Origin: Flectonema sp. DT1601
Lineage: Eukaryota
Assembly: GCA_964019425.1 (NCBI GenBank)
Contig: OZ025806.1
Location: forward strand, 620,001-684,000
DNA: 64,000 nucleotides
Direction of reading: 5' to 3'
Of this stretch, positions 1 to 11,154 are shown in pieces. The notes under the pieces were generated by a model that saw only the letters and a list, made by a program, of their open reading frames with translations, did no database searches and had not been told where the DNA came from. The position numbers and the translations under genes are program-made. Every line of letters begins with the position of its first letter. Positions within the stretch are counted from its first letter, which is position 1.

Positions 1-676
1 ATCATGGATTGCTCAAGCTGCTCTGCGTGAGTTGTACACCGTTGGTGATTCAGCTCCGAGAGGCGAAGTTGGGCATCCAAAAGTTGTTCTGAGAGCTCTG
101 CCGCTTTCTCGTTTGTTTCGAGAGAGTCATCTACTGCTCGACAGTAGTTCTCGAGTAAGTCAATCCTACCCTCGGACCATTGTCTCGCAATAGGTGTATT
201 CTCTTTAACGGAGATAACGTGGCTCTCTTGTCGTAAAATCTTGGTCGGCGTGCGGTCGAGAGCTTCACTCTGCGGCATTGTCGGAGGAATTGAGGCTAGA
301 GGACAAAGAGGGGTGATATAATTAAGGGTAGGGATAAGGGGTTTAATAAGAGGAGTAAAAAGACTACTCGTAGTTGTAAAGAGCGAGAGGTAGTTCTTTG
401 CTATCTTCATCATAGCAACAGATTCATACAAAATAGGGGATCGGGGGGAAACTTGTTGACTAAAGTGGGTCATGTGGGGACGTGCGGCACGCAAACTCTC
501 GACCTCCTGTTGAGTATAGAAAAGTCTTATTTTACTTTCTCTTTCCTCATTACATTTGGTCTCCAATTCGTTCGACAGAAGAACAAACCTTTGATGGTAA
601 TTGAAAAGCGCCATTTCCGATAGGTCTGCTTTCTGAGTCAGATTTGCGAGCTCACGTTTCCTGTAATCTTCCACTA
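1..676 (-). CDS. Partial open frame (~225 codons, runs off the left edge), coiled-coil-like; probably the displaced continuation of the retroelement ORF that breaks at 4765
   Basis: Manual translation gives VEDYRKRELANLTQKADLSEMALFNYHQRF...AEQLEQSM with no stop. It begins exactly at the end of the repeat module at 677. It is absent from the ORF track because no stop lies inside the window. Confidence 0.55.
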
Positions 677-868
677 GAATTTCGATAAAGTGGGAAGTAA
701 CGGACTGGGAGCTTTTGGCTCCTGCCCTATTCCCGATGTAAACTTTCTTTTTATTTTTATTTTTTTTTAACAGGCCCAAAGGGCGACAATGATGGTTGCT
801 GACCAAGGAATAATATTCAAATGAATTTTCGTTTCAAAGAAACGAACAGAATTAAGAGAGAGGCAGAG

Positions 869-899
<31 letters not shown>

Positions 900-1085
900 G
901 AAAAGAGAAAAAAAAATGAAGAGGAAATAATCAAACATGAATAAAAAAAAAACAAAAAAAATATATATATAAATAAAAAACGTTGTATGAAAAAGGAAAA
1001 AAAAGAAAAAAAAAAGACCAGAAAAGGAAAGAGAAAATGAAAAGGTATAATATTATTGTGGGGATATGAGGGATAGCAGGGAGAT

Positions 1086-1089
<4 letters not shown>
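677..1089 (-). repeat. ~410-bp terminal module of the satellite-bearing element (copy B)
   Basis: Near-identical to 9865-10263 (same orientation) and 3723-4123 (inverted). All three end at GAATTTCGATAA on the outer side. Confidence 0.9.
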
Positions 1090-1116
<27 letters not shown>

Positions 1117-1139
1117 CTTATTTATTATTTAAAAAAAGG

Positions 1140-1603
1140 AAACAATCAGTTTAGCGTCTCGATCAGGACGGAAAATAGAAATTAATCGACATAGTTGATC
1201 GATAGAAAAAAAAACAATGATAACATTGTTTATTCATTTTTTTTTTTTTTTTTTTTTTTTTAAATCTTTTTAATTATTTTAAAGAAAAAACAATCAGTTT
1301 AGCGTCTTGACCAGGACGGAAAATAGTAAGTAATCGACATAGTCGATCGATAAAAAAAAAACAATGATAACATTGTTTATTCCTTTTTTTTTTTTTTTAT
1401 TCTTTTTATTTATTTTTAAAGAAAAAACAATCAGTTTAGCGTCCTGACCAGGACGGAAAATAGAAAGTAATCGACATAGTCGATCGATAAAAAAAACAAT
1501 GATAACATTGTTTAATCTTTTTTTTTTTTTTTATTTTAATTCTTTTTATTTATTTTTAAAAAGAAAAAAAATGGAAAATAGAAATTAGTCAACAAAGTCG
1601 AAC
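1140..1603 (-). repeat. Hairpin satellite array (~4 units), the distal part of an array that resumes at 4124
   Basis: Repeats of CAATCAGTTTAGCGTCTTGACCAGGACGGAAAATAGAAAGTRATCGACATAGTCGATCGATAAAAAAACAATGATAACATTGTTTATTC followed by poly(T). Confidence 0.9.
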
Positions 1604-2045
1604 TTTAATTCTTTTTATTTATTTTTAAAAAAAAAAAAAAAAAAAAAGAATAAACAATGTTATCATTGTTTTTTTATCGATCGACTATGTCGATCACTTT
1701 CTATTTCCCGTCCTGGTCAGGACGCTAAACTGATTGTTTTTTCTTTAAAAATAAATAAAAAGAATAAAAAAAAAAAAAAAAGGAATAAACAATGTTATCA
1801 TTGTTTTTATTTTATCGATCGACTATGTCGATTACTTTCTATTTTCCGTCCTGGTCAAGACGCTAAACTGATTGTTTTTTCTTTAAAAAATAAAAAGAAG
1901 GATTTAAAAAAAAGAAAAAAAAAAAAAAAAAGAATAAACAATGTTATCATTGTTTTTTTATCGATCGACTATGTCGATCACTTTCTATTTTTCGTCCTGG
2001 TCAAGACGCTAAACTGATTGTTTTTTCTTTAAAAATAATAAAAAG

Positions 2046-2080
<35 letters not shown>

Positions 2081-2452
2081 TAAACAATGTTATCATTGTT
2101 TTTTTATCGATCGACTATGTCGATCACTTTCTATTTTCCGTCCTGGTCAAGACGCAAAACTGATTGTTTTTTTTCAAAATTAATAAAAAAGAATACAAAA
2201 AAAAATAAAAAAAAAAAGAATAAACAATGTTATCATTGTTTTTTTTTTATCGTTCGACGTTGTTGACTAATTTCTATTTTCCGTTTTTTTTTTTCTTTTT
2301 AAAAAATAAATAAAAAGATTTAAAAAAAAAAAAAAAAAGAATAAACAATGTTATCATTGTTTTTTTTATCGATCGACTATGTCGATTACTTTCTATTTTC
2401 CGTCCTGGTCAAGACGCTAAACTGATTGTTTTTTCTTTAAAAAAAAAAAAAG

Positions 2453-2490
<38 letters not shown>

Positions 2491-3694
2491 ATAAACAATG
2501 TTATCATTGTTTTTTTTTATCGATCGACTATGTCGATCACTTTCTATTTTCCGTCCTGGTCAAGACGCTAAACTGATTGTTTTTTTTTTCAAAATTAATA
2601 AAAAAGAATTTAAAAAAAAAAATAAAAAAAAAGAATAAACAATGTTATCATTGTTTTTTTTTTTATCGTTCGACTTTGTTGACTAATTTCTATTTTCCGT
2701 TTTTTTTTTCTTTTTAAAATAAAAAGAATTTAAAAAAAAAAAAAAAAAAGAGTAAACAATGTTATCATTGTTTTTTTTTATCGATCGACTATGTCGATTA
2801 CTTTCTATTTTCCGTCCTGGTCAAGACGCTAAACTGATTGTTTTTTTTTTCAAAATTAATAAAAAAGAATATAAAAAAAAACAAAAAAAAAAAGAATAAA
2901 CAATGTTATCATTGTTTTTTTTTTTATCGTTCGACTTTGTCGACTAATTTTTATTTTCCGTTTTTTTTTCTTTAAAAATAAATAAAAAGAATTTAAAAAA
3001 AAAAAAAAAAAAAAGAATAAACAATGTTATCATTGTTTTTTTATCGATCGACTATGTCGATCACTTTCTATTTTCCGTCCTGGTCAAGACGCTAAACTGA
3101 TTGTTTTTTCTTTAAAATAATAAAAAGGATTAAAAAAAAAAAAAAAAAAAAAAAAAGAATAAACAATGTTATCATTGTTTTTTTATCGATCGACTATGTC
3201 GATCACTTTCAATTTTCCGTCCTGGTCAGGACGCTAAACTGATTGTTTTTTCTTTAAAAATAAATAAAAAGAATAAAAAAAAAAGAAAAAAAAAAGGAAT
3301 AAACAATGTTATCATTGTTTTTTTTTTATCGATCGACTATGTCGATTACTTTCTATTTTCAGCCCTGGTCAAGACGCTAAACTGTTTTTTCTTTAAAATA
3401 ATTAAAAGGATTTAAAAAAAAAAAAAAAAAAAAAAAAGAATAAACAATGTTATCATTGTTTTTTTTCTATCGATCGACTATGTCGATCACTTTCAATTTT
3501 CCGTCCTGGTCAGGACGCTAAACTGATTGTTTTTTCTTTAAAAATAAATAAAAAGAATAAAAAAAAAAAAAAAAAAAAGGAATAAACAATGTTATCATTG
3601 TTTTTTTTCTATCGATCGACTATGTCGATTAATTTCTATTTTCCGTCCTGATCGAGACGCTAAACTGATTGTTTCCTTTTTTTAAATAATAAAT

Positions 3695-3726
<32 letters not shown>

Positions 3727-4123
3727 ATCTCCCTGCTATCCTCATATCCCCACAATAATATTATACCTTTTCATTTTCTCTTTCCTTTTCTGGTCTTTTT
3801 TTTTTCTTTTTTTCCTTTTTCATACAACGTTTTTTATTTATATTTTATTTTTTTTTTTTTTTTTTTTTTCATGTTTGATTATTTCCTCTTCATATTTTTT
3901 TTCTATTCTTTCTTTTTTTTTTTTTTTTTTTTCTCTACCTCTCTCTTAATTCTGTTCGTTTCTTTGAAACGAAAATTCATTTGAATATTATTCCTTGGTC
4001 AGCAACCATCATTGTCGCCCTTTGGGCCTGTTAAAAAAAAAAAAAAATAAAAAGAAAGTTTACATCGGGAATAGGGCAGGAGCCAAAAGCTCCCAGTCCG
4101 TTACTTCCCACTTATCGAAATTC
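1604..4123 (+). mobile_element. Inverted, truncated copy (C) of the satellite-bearing element: ~15 satellite units plus terminal module, inserted into an opposite-orientation array
   Basis: Reverse-complement units at 1627-3720 and the module at 3723-4123. The flanks ...AAAGTCGAAC (1603) and ATAAAAAAAAACAATG (4124) rejoin a type-II unit minus one G. Bases 1604-1627 duplicate 1535-1560 (filler). Confidence 0.75.
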
Positions 4124-4764
4124 ATAAAAAAAAACAATGATAACATTGTTTATTCTTTTTTTTTTTATTTTTTTATATTCTTTTTTATTAATTTTGAAAA
4201 AAAAACAATCAGTTTAGCGTCTTGACCAGGACGGAAAATAGAAAGTAATCGACATAGTCGATCGATAAAAAAACAATGATAACATTGTTTAATCTTTTTT
4301 TTTAAATTCTTTTTATTTATTTTTTAAAGAAAAAAAACGGAAAATAGAAATTAGTCGACAAAGTCGAACGATAAAAAAACAATGATAACATTGTTTATTC
4401 TTTTTTTTTTATTTTTTTTATATTTATTTTAATTAATTTTGAAAAAAAAACAATCAGTTTAGCGTCTTGACCAGGACGGAAAATAGAAAGTGATCGACAT
4501 AGTCGATCGATAAAAAAACAATGATAACATTGTTTATTCTTTTTTTTTATTTTAAATTCTTTTTATTTATTTTTTAAAGAAAAAAAAACGGAAAATAGAA
4601 ATTAGTCGACAAAGTCGAACGATAAAAAAAAACAATGATAACATTGTTTATTCTTTTTTTTATTTTTTTTTTTATTCTTTTTTATTAACTTTGAAAAAAA
4701 AAAAACAATCAGTTTAGCGTCTTGACCAGGACGGAAAATAGAAAGTAATCGACATAGTCGATCG
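4124..4764 (-). repeat. Hairpin satellite, alternating long (~140 bp) and short (~105 bp) units
   Basis: Same unit sequence. Short units lack the CAATCAGTTTAGCGTCTTGACCAGGA block and carry GTCGACAAAGTCGAACG. Confidence 0.9.
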
Positions 4765-7700
4765 TAGTCATATTGACGAACTAGTGCGGAAAGAGAAGTC
4801 TTCGATTCAGCGCGTTCTACTGTTAACCGTTGAATTACTCCTTCCAGAAGTTCATATTCTTTTCTATCTTTTTCAATAATTAAAACAGGGGGCGCAGGAG
4901 GAAGTGAGGATGGATCCTGGTTGGTAGCTTTGATCTCAACAGGTAATCCGTTTAGTAACTGCTTGTCTTTCTCGAGGGAGGCTGACATCGCATTAAAGTA
5001 AAATAAAAATAGAACATAAAAAATTCGTTCTTTCATTTGTTCTAATTCGTTTTCTAAAATCTGGCATTTCAAGGAAAGTTTCAGCCTTAATCTTCCTTTT
5101 TTTTCTTTGTACAAGGGGGTTTGAGAACCAATGTCAGATTGACATCTTAACACCATAGCAAAATCAGTAGGGAGTGTTTGCGATCCCGTTGACGTGAGTT
5201 CAGGTGGGGGAGTCTGGAAAGAGATGGAAGAAATAGAAGAGAATGACAAGGAGAGTCCAGTGAGCTCATCCTCATCTAACAAAACAGAAGGGGCCGGGGA
5301 GGAAGAACCATTGGCAATAAGTAGAATAGAAAGAGCCGATGCGTAACAAGTTTGCCAGATAAAACATTTCTCAAGCCACGATCTTTCAATGGTGAGCTTT
5401 TCGATCGTTTTCAGTTTTGTTACTTTGTGGATTTTGACTTCTTCTACAGGGAAGATTTCTTTACCATCTTTTATAAAACTTGCAGTGGCAGGTTCTTCTT
5501 TAATGCTGCGCATTAGAGGTCTTGAATGCCACGTGGGGAGGTTCCTCGTCTGGAACAGAACATATGAGCACTGTCTGGCGATTCTGGTGCATTCACAAAA
5601 TAAAGCTTTTGTTGGTGCTAAAGGTGAACCGATGTGACGTGTCCAGATGTTCAGCTGGTCCATGCAGATGTTTCCTCGTACGCCAACTTCAATAGTAAAA
5701 ATGTTACAGTCGAAGCCATTAGCGATGATCGAGTCTCTTAGCTTTAGGTATTTCTTTTCCTTTAAGACATGAGAGGTTTCGAAACGATCTTCATTTGGAC
5801 ACGTCAGCTCCAGAATCAGTGCTCTTTTCGCAAAAAAAGAATAAATAAAAATGTCTGGTCTTAGAGAGGACGAGACATGGCACACTTCAAGAGGAACAAT
5901 TAGGCGGTTATCACCGACATCGTCGAGGATGACCCAATCATTCGCTAGTGAAAGTTCGCCTGTCTCTTTAGAAATTCTTTCTAGGGGTTTATTTTCCCCT
6001 GTTTTTAAAAAAGTTTTAGAGGGAGGCGGGAGGTTTTCTTTTCTTTTGTTGGCTTTTATTATCAACTCTTCCAAGAAGATAACAATGCGTTTTAGAACGC
6101 TGTCATGACGCCACGTGAACCTCCCTTGTGTTAAAGAGACAGGACAGCCTGTTAAGACATGCCTGAGGGTAGGATTCACTTTGCCACACAATACACAATT
6201 TTGGTCCACGTTGGTGATGTTCCACCTCTTTAAATTATCTTGTGAGGGGAGGGTGTTTGTAACCGCTTTCAGTTGAAATGAGATATAGGCAGGATTTCCC
6301 TCCCTAAGTACCTTATTCCAGGTGAAATCGTTTATCATACATTTAGACCACTCCTTCCACTGTCCTTGGACTTGTAATTTATTCAAAGAGTTCAGTAGTT
6401 CATCTGTGGCTTCCACTTCAAAACGCTTAAGGAGATCGGGGCGAGTAGTACGTAGATCGCGCAATCGGTGACCAAGACCAGCTGATTGCTTCGCGAGAGA
6501 ACGGTAAGAAAAAAACTTAATAAGGCGCTCCCATTCAGCAGAAGCTGAAAACTTTTTCGACCAATTGGACGATTTCTCCATAATAACATTGTAGACACCG
6601 TGCATGTCAGAGTCCTGTGAGGATCTGAGTATGTCTAGTTTAATTGATTGCGCTTGTTTATATAGCGTCTCGACTCTTTTGTGTCTGAGACCAACAGTGT
6701 TCTTTGAACCGGTAAAAAGGATGACTGTGTTCGCAGAGCGGACAAATCCCCACCATCTCTTCAAAAAAGGTTTAATAATTTTGTCCATTTTTTTGGCAAA
6801 AGGGAGAGATAAGTCATGGATCATTAAACTCCATGTTAACCTTGACAATAACAAGTGTTGGACAGACCAAGCCTTCTGAGACCCATACAGTGGCATGGCG
6901 TCGACTTTTTTTAAAAAATTCCTGGTAAAAGTGGTCAGGCGCTCTCGCAATTTCTGTTCTTTGGCGTTCGGCTCAAACCAACGCCCGAGGTATTTGAACT
7001 CTCCAGCTTCCTGGAGATTCGTAATCGGAACATTGTTAATCTTCAGGTCCGGGTTAGCTGGTTTCCCTTGTACAAAGCTGTGGGCAATGCATTTCTGGGG
7101 TTTCGCTTTCATACCACGAGACCAGGAAAGAAACTGTTCGAGCGACTTGATTAGCAATTTTGCCCCCGCCTTTGATGACGTGGTAAGTTGTAAATCATCA
7201 GCAAAAGCTGCAACTAATAGTTGGAGGGATTTATTGCTAAACTCGTAGGCTTCCTGTTGATGAACTGCTAAGGAAAAGAGCAGTAGTTGGAATACCAAAT
7301 TAAAAAGGGTTGGGGAGGAAACGCAGCCTTGAAAGACACCAACTTCAAAAGGGATAGTGGGCGTCAGGCCTTCTCCAACTCTGATTTGGACGCGCATGGA
7401 GGAATAATACCTTTTATAGAAACCGATTATTCTTTCGTGAATTCCGAAATATTTTAAAGCAAAGAAAATTAATTGATGTTTGACTGATCCGAAAGCATCT
7501 GCCAAATCCACCCAGACAATTGTTAGGTTTTTCCGGAGAGCTTTCACTTCTTTAAAAAACTCTGAGGTGATCGTGGCATGTTCGATACACCCAGAGACAC
7601 CTTTCCTAAAGCCTTTTTGAAAATTAAATTTAGAAAGAGTGTGGTTTGCGACGGCTTCCTGAATGACCGTATTAAAAATTTTCCCGTCGCAGTTGCCCAC

Positions 7701-8817
7701 AGCTATCGGTCTCGTTTTCGAGATGTCTTTCCCATCGGAGTTGGGCTTTGGGAGCATTGTTACAAATGCTAAGCCCCAACTATCCGGATAGGCCTTGAGT
7801 TCGAAAATTCTCTTTAATACCTTGTAAAGTGCTTCCATAAAAGTTGGGACCTTTTTCCATACAACATAAGGTATGCAATTGGGACCAGGGGCACATTTGT
7901 TTTTTTTCTTTGATAAGAGAATACCAAACTGTTCGAAGCTCGGGAACTGGATATCATCCATTGTCTTGTAGTCAGACTTAGGTAAAAAAGAGGGATGGGT
8001 GAAATCAGTTTTTTTTTTTTCATTGTCACAATAATTGTTTTTAAAATGTTCAATTATTTTTTCCTCTGGAATATCAAGGGAGGGGGGTTGAGGATCTTCT
8101 TTTTGGAGTTCTTCTTTTATGGCAGTAAACGGATTTTGACGAAATTTATCTTGTAATTTTTTGAATAAATTTTTCTTTTCTAAATTCCGATACATTCGGA
8201 AAATCCTTTTCATTCTCGTTCTTGCCTCTTTCCATTTGACAGCGTTCTCTATAGAAGGCCCAGATTTGCGGAGCTCCTGTCTTAGCTGTTTCATTTCCAG
8301 ACGACATTCACGTTTTTCTTGGTCGAGGATGACCTCTTCCCTTGATTTCTGTTTGCGGGGTAAATTCCGCTTTGTTTCTTCAAAGAAACTGCTACAAATT
8401 TGATAAACCGTTTTGAGTAGTTTATCAAGTTGGTCGGCAGGTTTTAAAGAGTTTTCTGTTTCGACGGTGAAAGTTTGGAGTTTTTCTGTAGCAGAAACGT
8501 CGATGTCCTTCCATTCAGTTCCAAAAGATCGGAATTTGAGACGAGACGGGTGTAACGGGGTAAAAGTGGGTGTTGTAGAGTTACAAGGAACGAAAGTTGT
8601 TTGTGAAGTTTTAAAATCTACAGATTCTCCTACAAAGGGAGGTTCCAGGTCTGAATTATTCCCTGTGAGGGGAGACAGAGGTGTACCTTTACATGTACCG
8701 TTAGCACAGTGTTTCGCTCTCGTAGCGATACTTTTGAAAAGCTTACCACATTCTGGACAAGGTAAGTGGTAACAATCTTTAACTTGGGAGTGGGTAGATG
8801 GGGGAAAACGTGACTTA
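4602..8817 (-). CDS. Retrotransposon polyprotein (Zn finger-RT-CCHC-RLE-long C-terminal extension). The last ~54 codons are read-through into the satellite
   Basis: ORF track 4602..8294, manually extended without stops to the MITE at 8817, including CPECGKLFKSIATRAKHCANGTC. Confidence 0.85.
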
Positions 8818-9240
8818 CTGCAACTGGAAATATTACTGCGCTGAATAATTACTGCGGGGAAATATTACTGCGCGGAAAAATTAGTGCGGTTTTTTTGAGA
8901 AAAAATTAGTGCAGTTTTTTCCACTTGGTGGTAGAAAAAAATTTGGTTGTTTTTTTGCTGTATAAGGCACCAGCAGAAAAATGCAGCTGGAAAAAAGTCG
9001 ATTCTGAGCAGAAATATTAGTGCGGTGGAAATATTACTGCGTGGAAAAATTAGTGCGGTTTTTTGCAGATTTGGAAATTAGTGCGGTTTTTTCCGCGCAG
9101 TAATATTTCCAGTTGCAGTATAGTCCTTAAATTCTTTACTAAACTTACAGTTACGTCTAAAATGCGCAACTGGACCTTTGAGGTATGTCTCAAAACATAA
9201 AGGACATTTGGCTACTAAAGTTTTATCCCCATCCAAGTTT
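4765..9240 (-). mobile_element. Non-LTR retrotransposon, RLE group (NeSL/HERO-like), probably 5'-truncated
   Basis: RT motifs (APGPN, TRPI, QKGF, WVDLADAFGSV, GVFQGCVSSPTLF, FADD, FKYLG), CCHC CVLCGKVNPTLRHVLTGC, RHD, RLE RPDI...ILELTCP...KKY...IEVGVRG. The frame stays open upstream of ATG 8294 through two Zn fingers. Confidence 0.92.
8818..9118. mobile_element. 301-bp MITE (Tc1/mariner-like) with TA TSD
   Basis: Perfect 24-bp TIRs CTGCAACTGGAAATATTACTGCGC / GCGCAGTAATATTTCCAGTTGCAG. TA at 8816-17 and 9119-20. Internal AAATATTACTGCG/AAATTAGTGCGG repeats. Confidence 0.9.
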
Positions 9241-9242
9241 CA

Positions 9243-9500
9243 ACAAGGGGATTGGATGCGTTGTGGAGAAGGGATGCAGTAATGGGAAAATATTCGGCGC
9301 ATTCAATAAAGAGGGGCACGATTTCTCATATCATGGGTATCATGTCAACTGGAAGAAGGGTCGACGAGGTGGTGATGGGAAGGCTACTAAAGCATTCATC
9401 GAAGAACGATCCGTTCTCAGGGGTGACGATCCGGTATGGAGGAGATCCGATGTGTATGGCTCGAGCGTTAAGGACGGACGAGATAACAGTATTGTTGTAA
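9243..9500 (+). pseudogene. C-terminal fragment of a tyrosine recombinase (DIRS-order, TATE/VIPER-like)
   Basis: YSAHSIKRG (HxxR box), LLKH and TIRY (catalytic Tyr) occur with tyrosine-recombinase spacing. Confidence 0.7.
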
Positions 9501-9864
9501 GAAAGCACAATATTTGTAGGCGACCGAAGAGGTCGGTATTACCAAGATCATTAGAGGAGAAGAATTCCCCCCTGCATGTAACCAAAATTGAACCCATGTT
9601 AATTTCGTTTGTAAAGGAAAGAATGTCGCAAAAGCGACTGAAAAGATTTGAGTTTGTATGGGATTTAACATTTTTCCACATAAAGTTTGCCACAATACCA
9701 GATCCACTGATTCGCTTGTTTCTCATGCTCCTACACTTGATTTCCATACTGAACTCGATCATGTGCTGAATTTTTCAAAGACGGTTAGACCGGAGAGTTC
9801 ATTTTCTCGTACTCATGCAGATTTACTGGTGGAGAATGGGATCGCACAGAAGACATCGAAGCCT
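9501..9864 (+). pseudogene. Probable start of the downstream RT ORF of the TATE-like element, frameshifted and cut off by the module at 9865
   Basis: PLHVTKIEPMLISFVKERMSQKRLKRFEFVWDL, then in another frame FSRTHADLLVENGIAQKTS. From memory this resembles the pre-RT region of TATE-like elements, and the YR-then-RT order fits. Confidence 0.4.
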
Positions 9865-10259
9865 GAATTTCGATAAAGTGGGAAGTAACGGACTGGGAGC
9901 TTTTGGCTCCTGCCCTATTCCCGATGTAAACTTTCTTTTTATTTTTTTTTTTTTTTTTAACAGGCCCAAAGGGCGACAATGATGGTTGCTGACCAAGGAA
10001 TAATATTCAAATGAATTTTCGTTTCAAAGAAACGAACAGAATTAAGAGAGAGGCAGAGAAAAAAAAAAAAAAAAAAAGAAAGAATAGAAAAAAAAAAATA
10101 TGAAGAGGAAATAATCAAACATGAAAAAAAAAAAAAAAAAAAAATATAAATAAAAAACGTTGTATGAAAAAGGAAAAAAAGAAAAAAAAAGACCAGAAAA
10201 GGAAAGAGAAAATGAAAAGGTATAATATTATTGTGGGGATATGAGGATAGCAGGGAGAT

Positions 10260-10263
<4 letters not shown>
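9865..10263 (-). repeat. Terminal module of the satellite-bearing element (copy A)
   Basis: Near-identical to 677-1089. Confidence 0.9.
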
Positions 10264-10291
<28 letters not shown>

Positions 10292-10404
10292 ATTTATTAT
10301 TTAAAAAAAGGAAACAATCAGTTTAGCGTCTCGATCAGGACGGAAAATAGAAATTAATCGACATAGTCGATCGATAGAAAAAAAACAATGATAACATTGT
10401 TTAT

Positions 10405-10437
<33 letters not shown>

Positions 10438-10692
10438 CTTTTAATTATTTTAAAGAAAAAACAATCAGTTTAGCGTCTTGACCAGGACGGAAAATAGAAA
10501 GTAATCGACATAGTCGATCGATAAAAAAAAAACAATGATAACATTGTTTATTCCTTTTTTTTTTTTTTTTTTTTTATTCTTTTCATTTATTTTTAAAGAA
10601 AAAACAATCAGTTTAGCGTCCTGACCAGGACGGAAAATTGAAAGTGATCGACATAGTCGATCGATAAAAAAACAATGATAACATTGATTAAT

Positions 10693-10725
<33 letters not shown>

Positions 10726-11120
10726 TTTTAATTATTTTTTAAAGAAAAAACAATCAGTTTAGCGTCTTGACCAGGACGGAAAATAGAAAGTGATCGACAT
10801 AGTCGATCGATAAAAACAATGATAACATTGTTTATTCTTTTTTTTTTTTTTTTTTTTTTTTAATCCTTTTTATTATTTTAAAGAAAAAACAATCAGTTTA
10901 GCGTCTTGACCAGGACGGAAAATAGAAAGTGATCGACATAGTCGATCGATAAAAAAAAACAATGATAACATTGCTTATTCTTTTTTTTTTATTTTTTTTT
11001 GTATTCTTTTTTATTAATTTTGAAAAAAAACAATCAGTTTAGCGTCTTGACCAGGACGGAAAATAGAAAGTGATCGACATAGTCGATCGATAAAAAAAAA
11101 CAATGATAACATTGTTTATT

Positions 11121-11154
<34 letters not shown>

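Noticed and set aside
677..790. HDV-like or hammerhead ribozyme, or Helitron 3' end, in the terminal module
   Set aside because: I could not build the nested pseudoknot or find the CUGAUGA/GAAA cores. CTAG occurs at only one of the three termini.
677..4123. Single foldback/TIR transposon
   Set aside because: No TSD is present, and the flanks of 1604-4123 rejoin a satellite unit, which favours a nested inverted insertion. This is disfavoured rather than fully excluded.
4602..4764. C-terminal DRLCRLLSIFRPGQDAKLIVFFF... as genuine protein
   Set aside because: It is a translation of the satellite unit, i.e. read-through past the junction.
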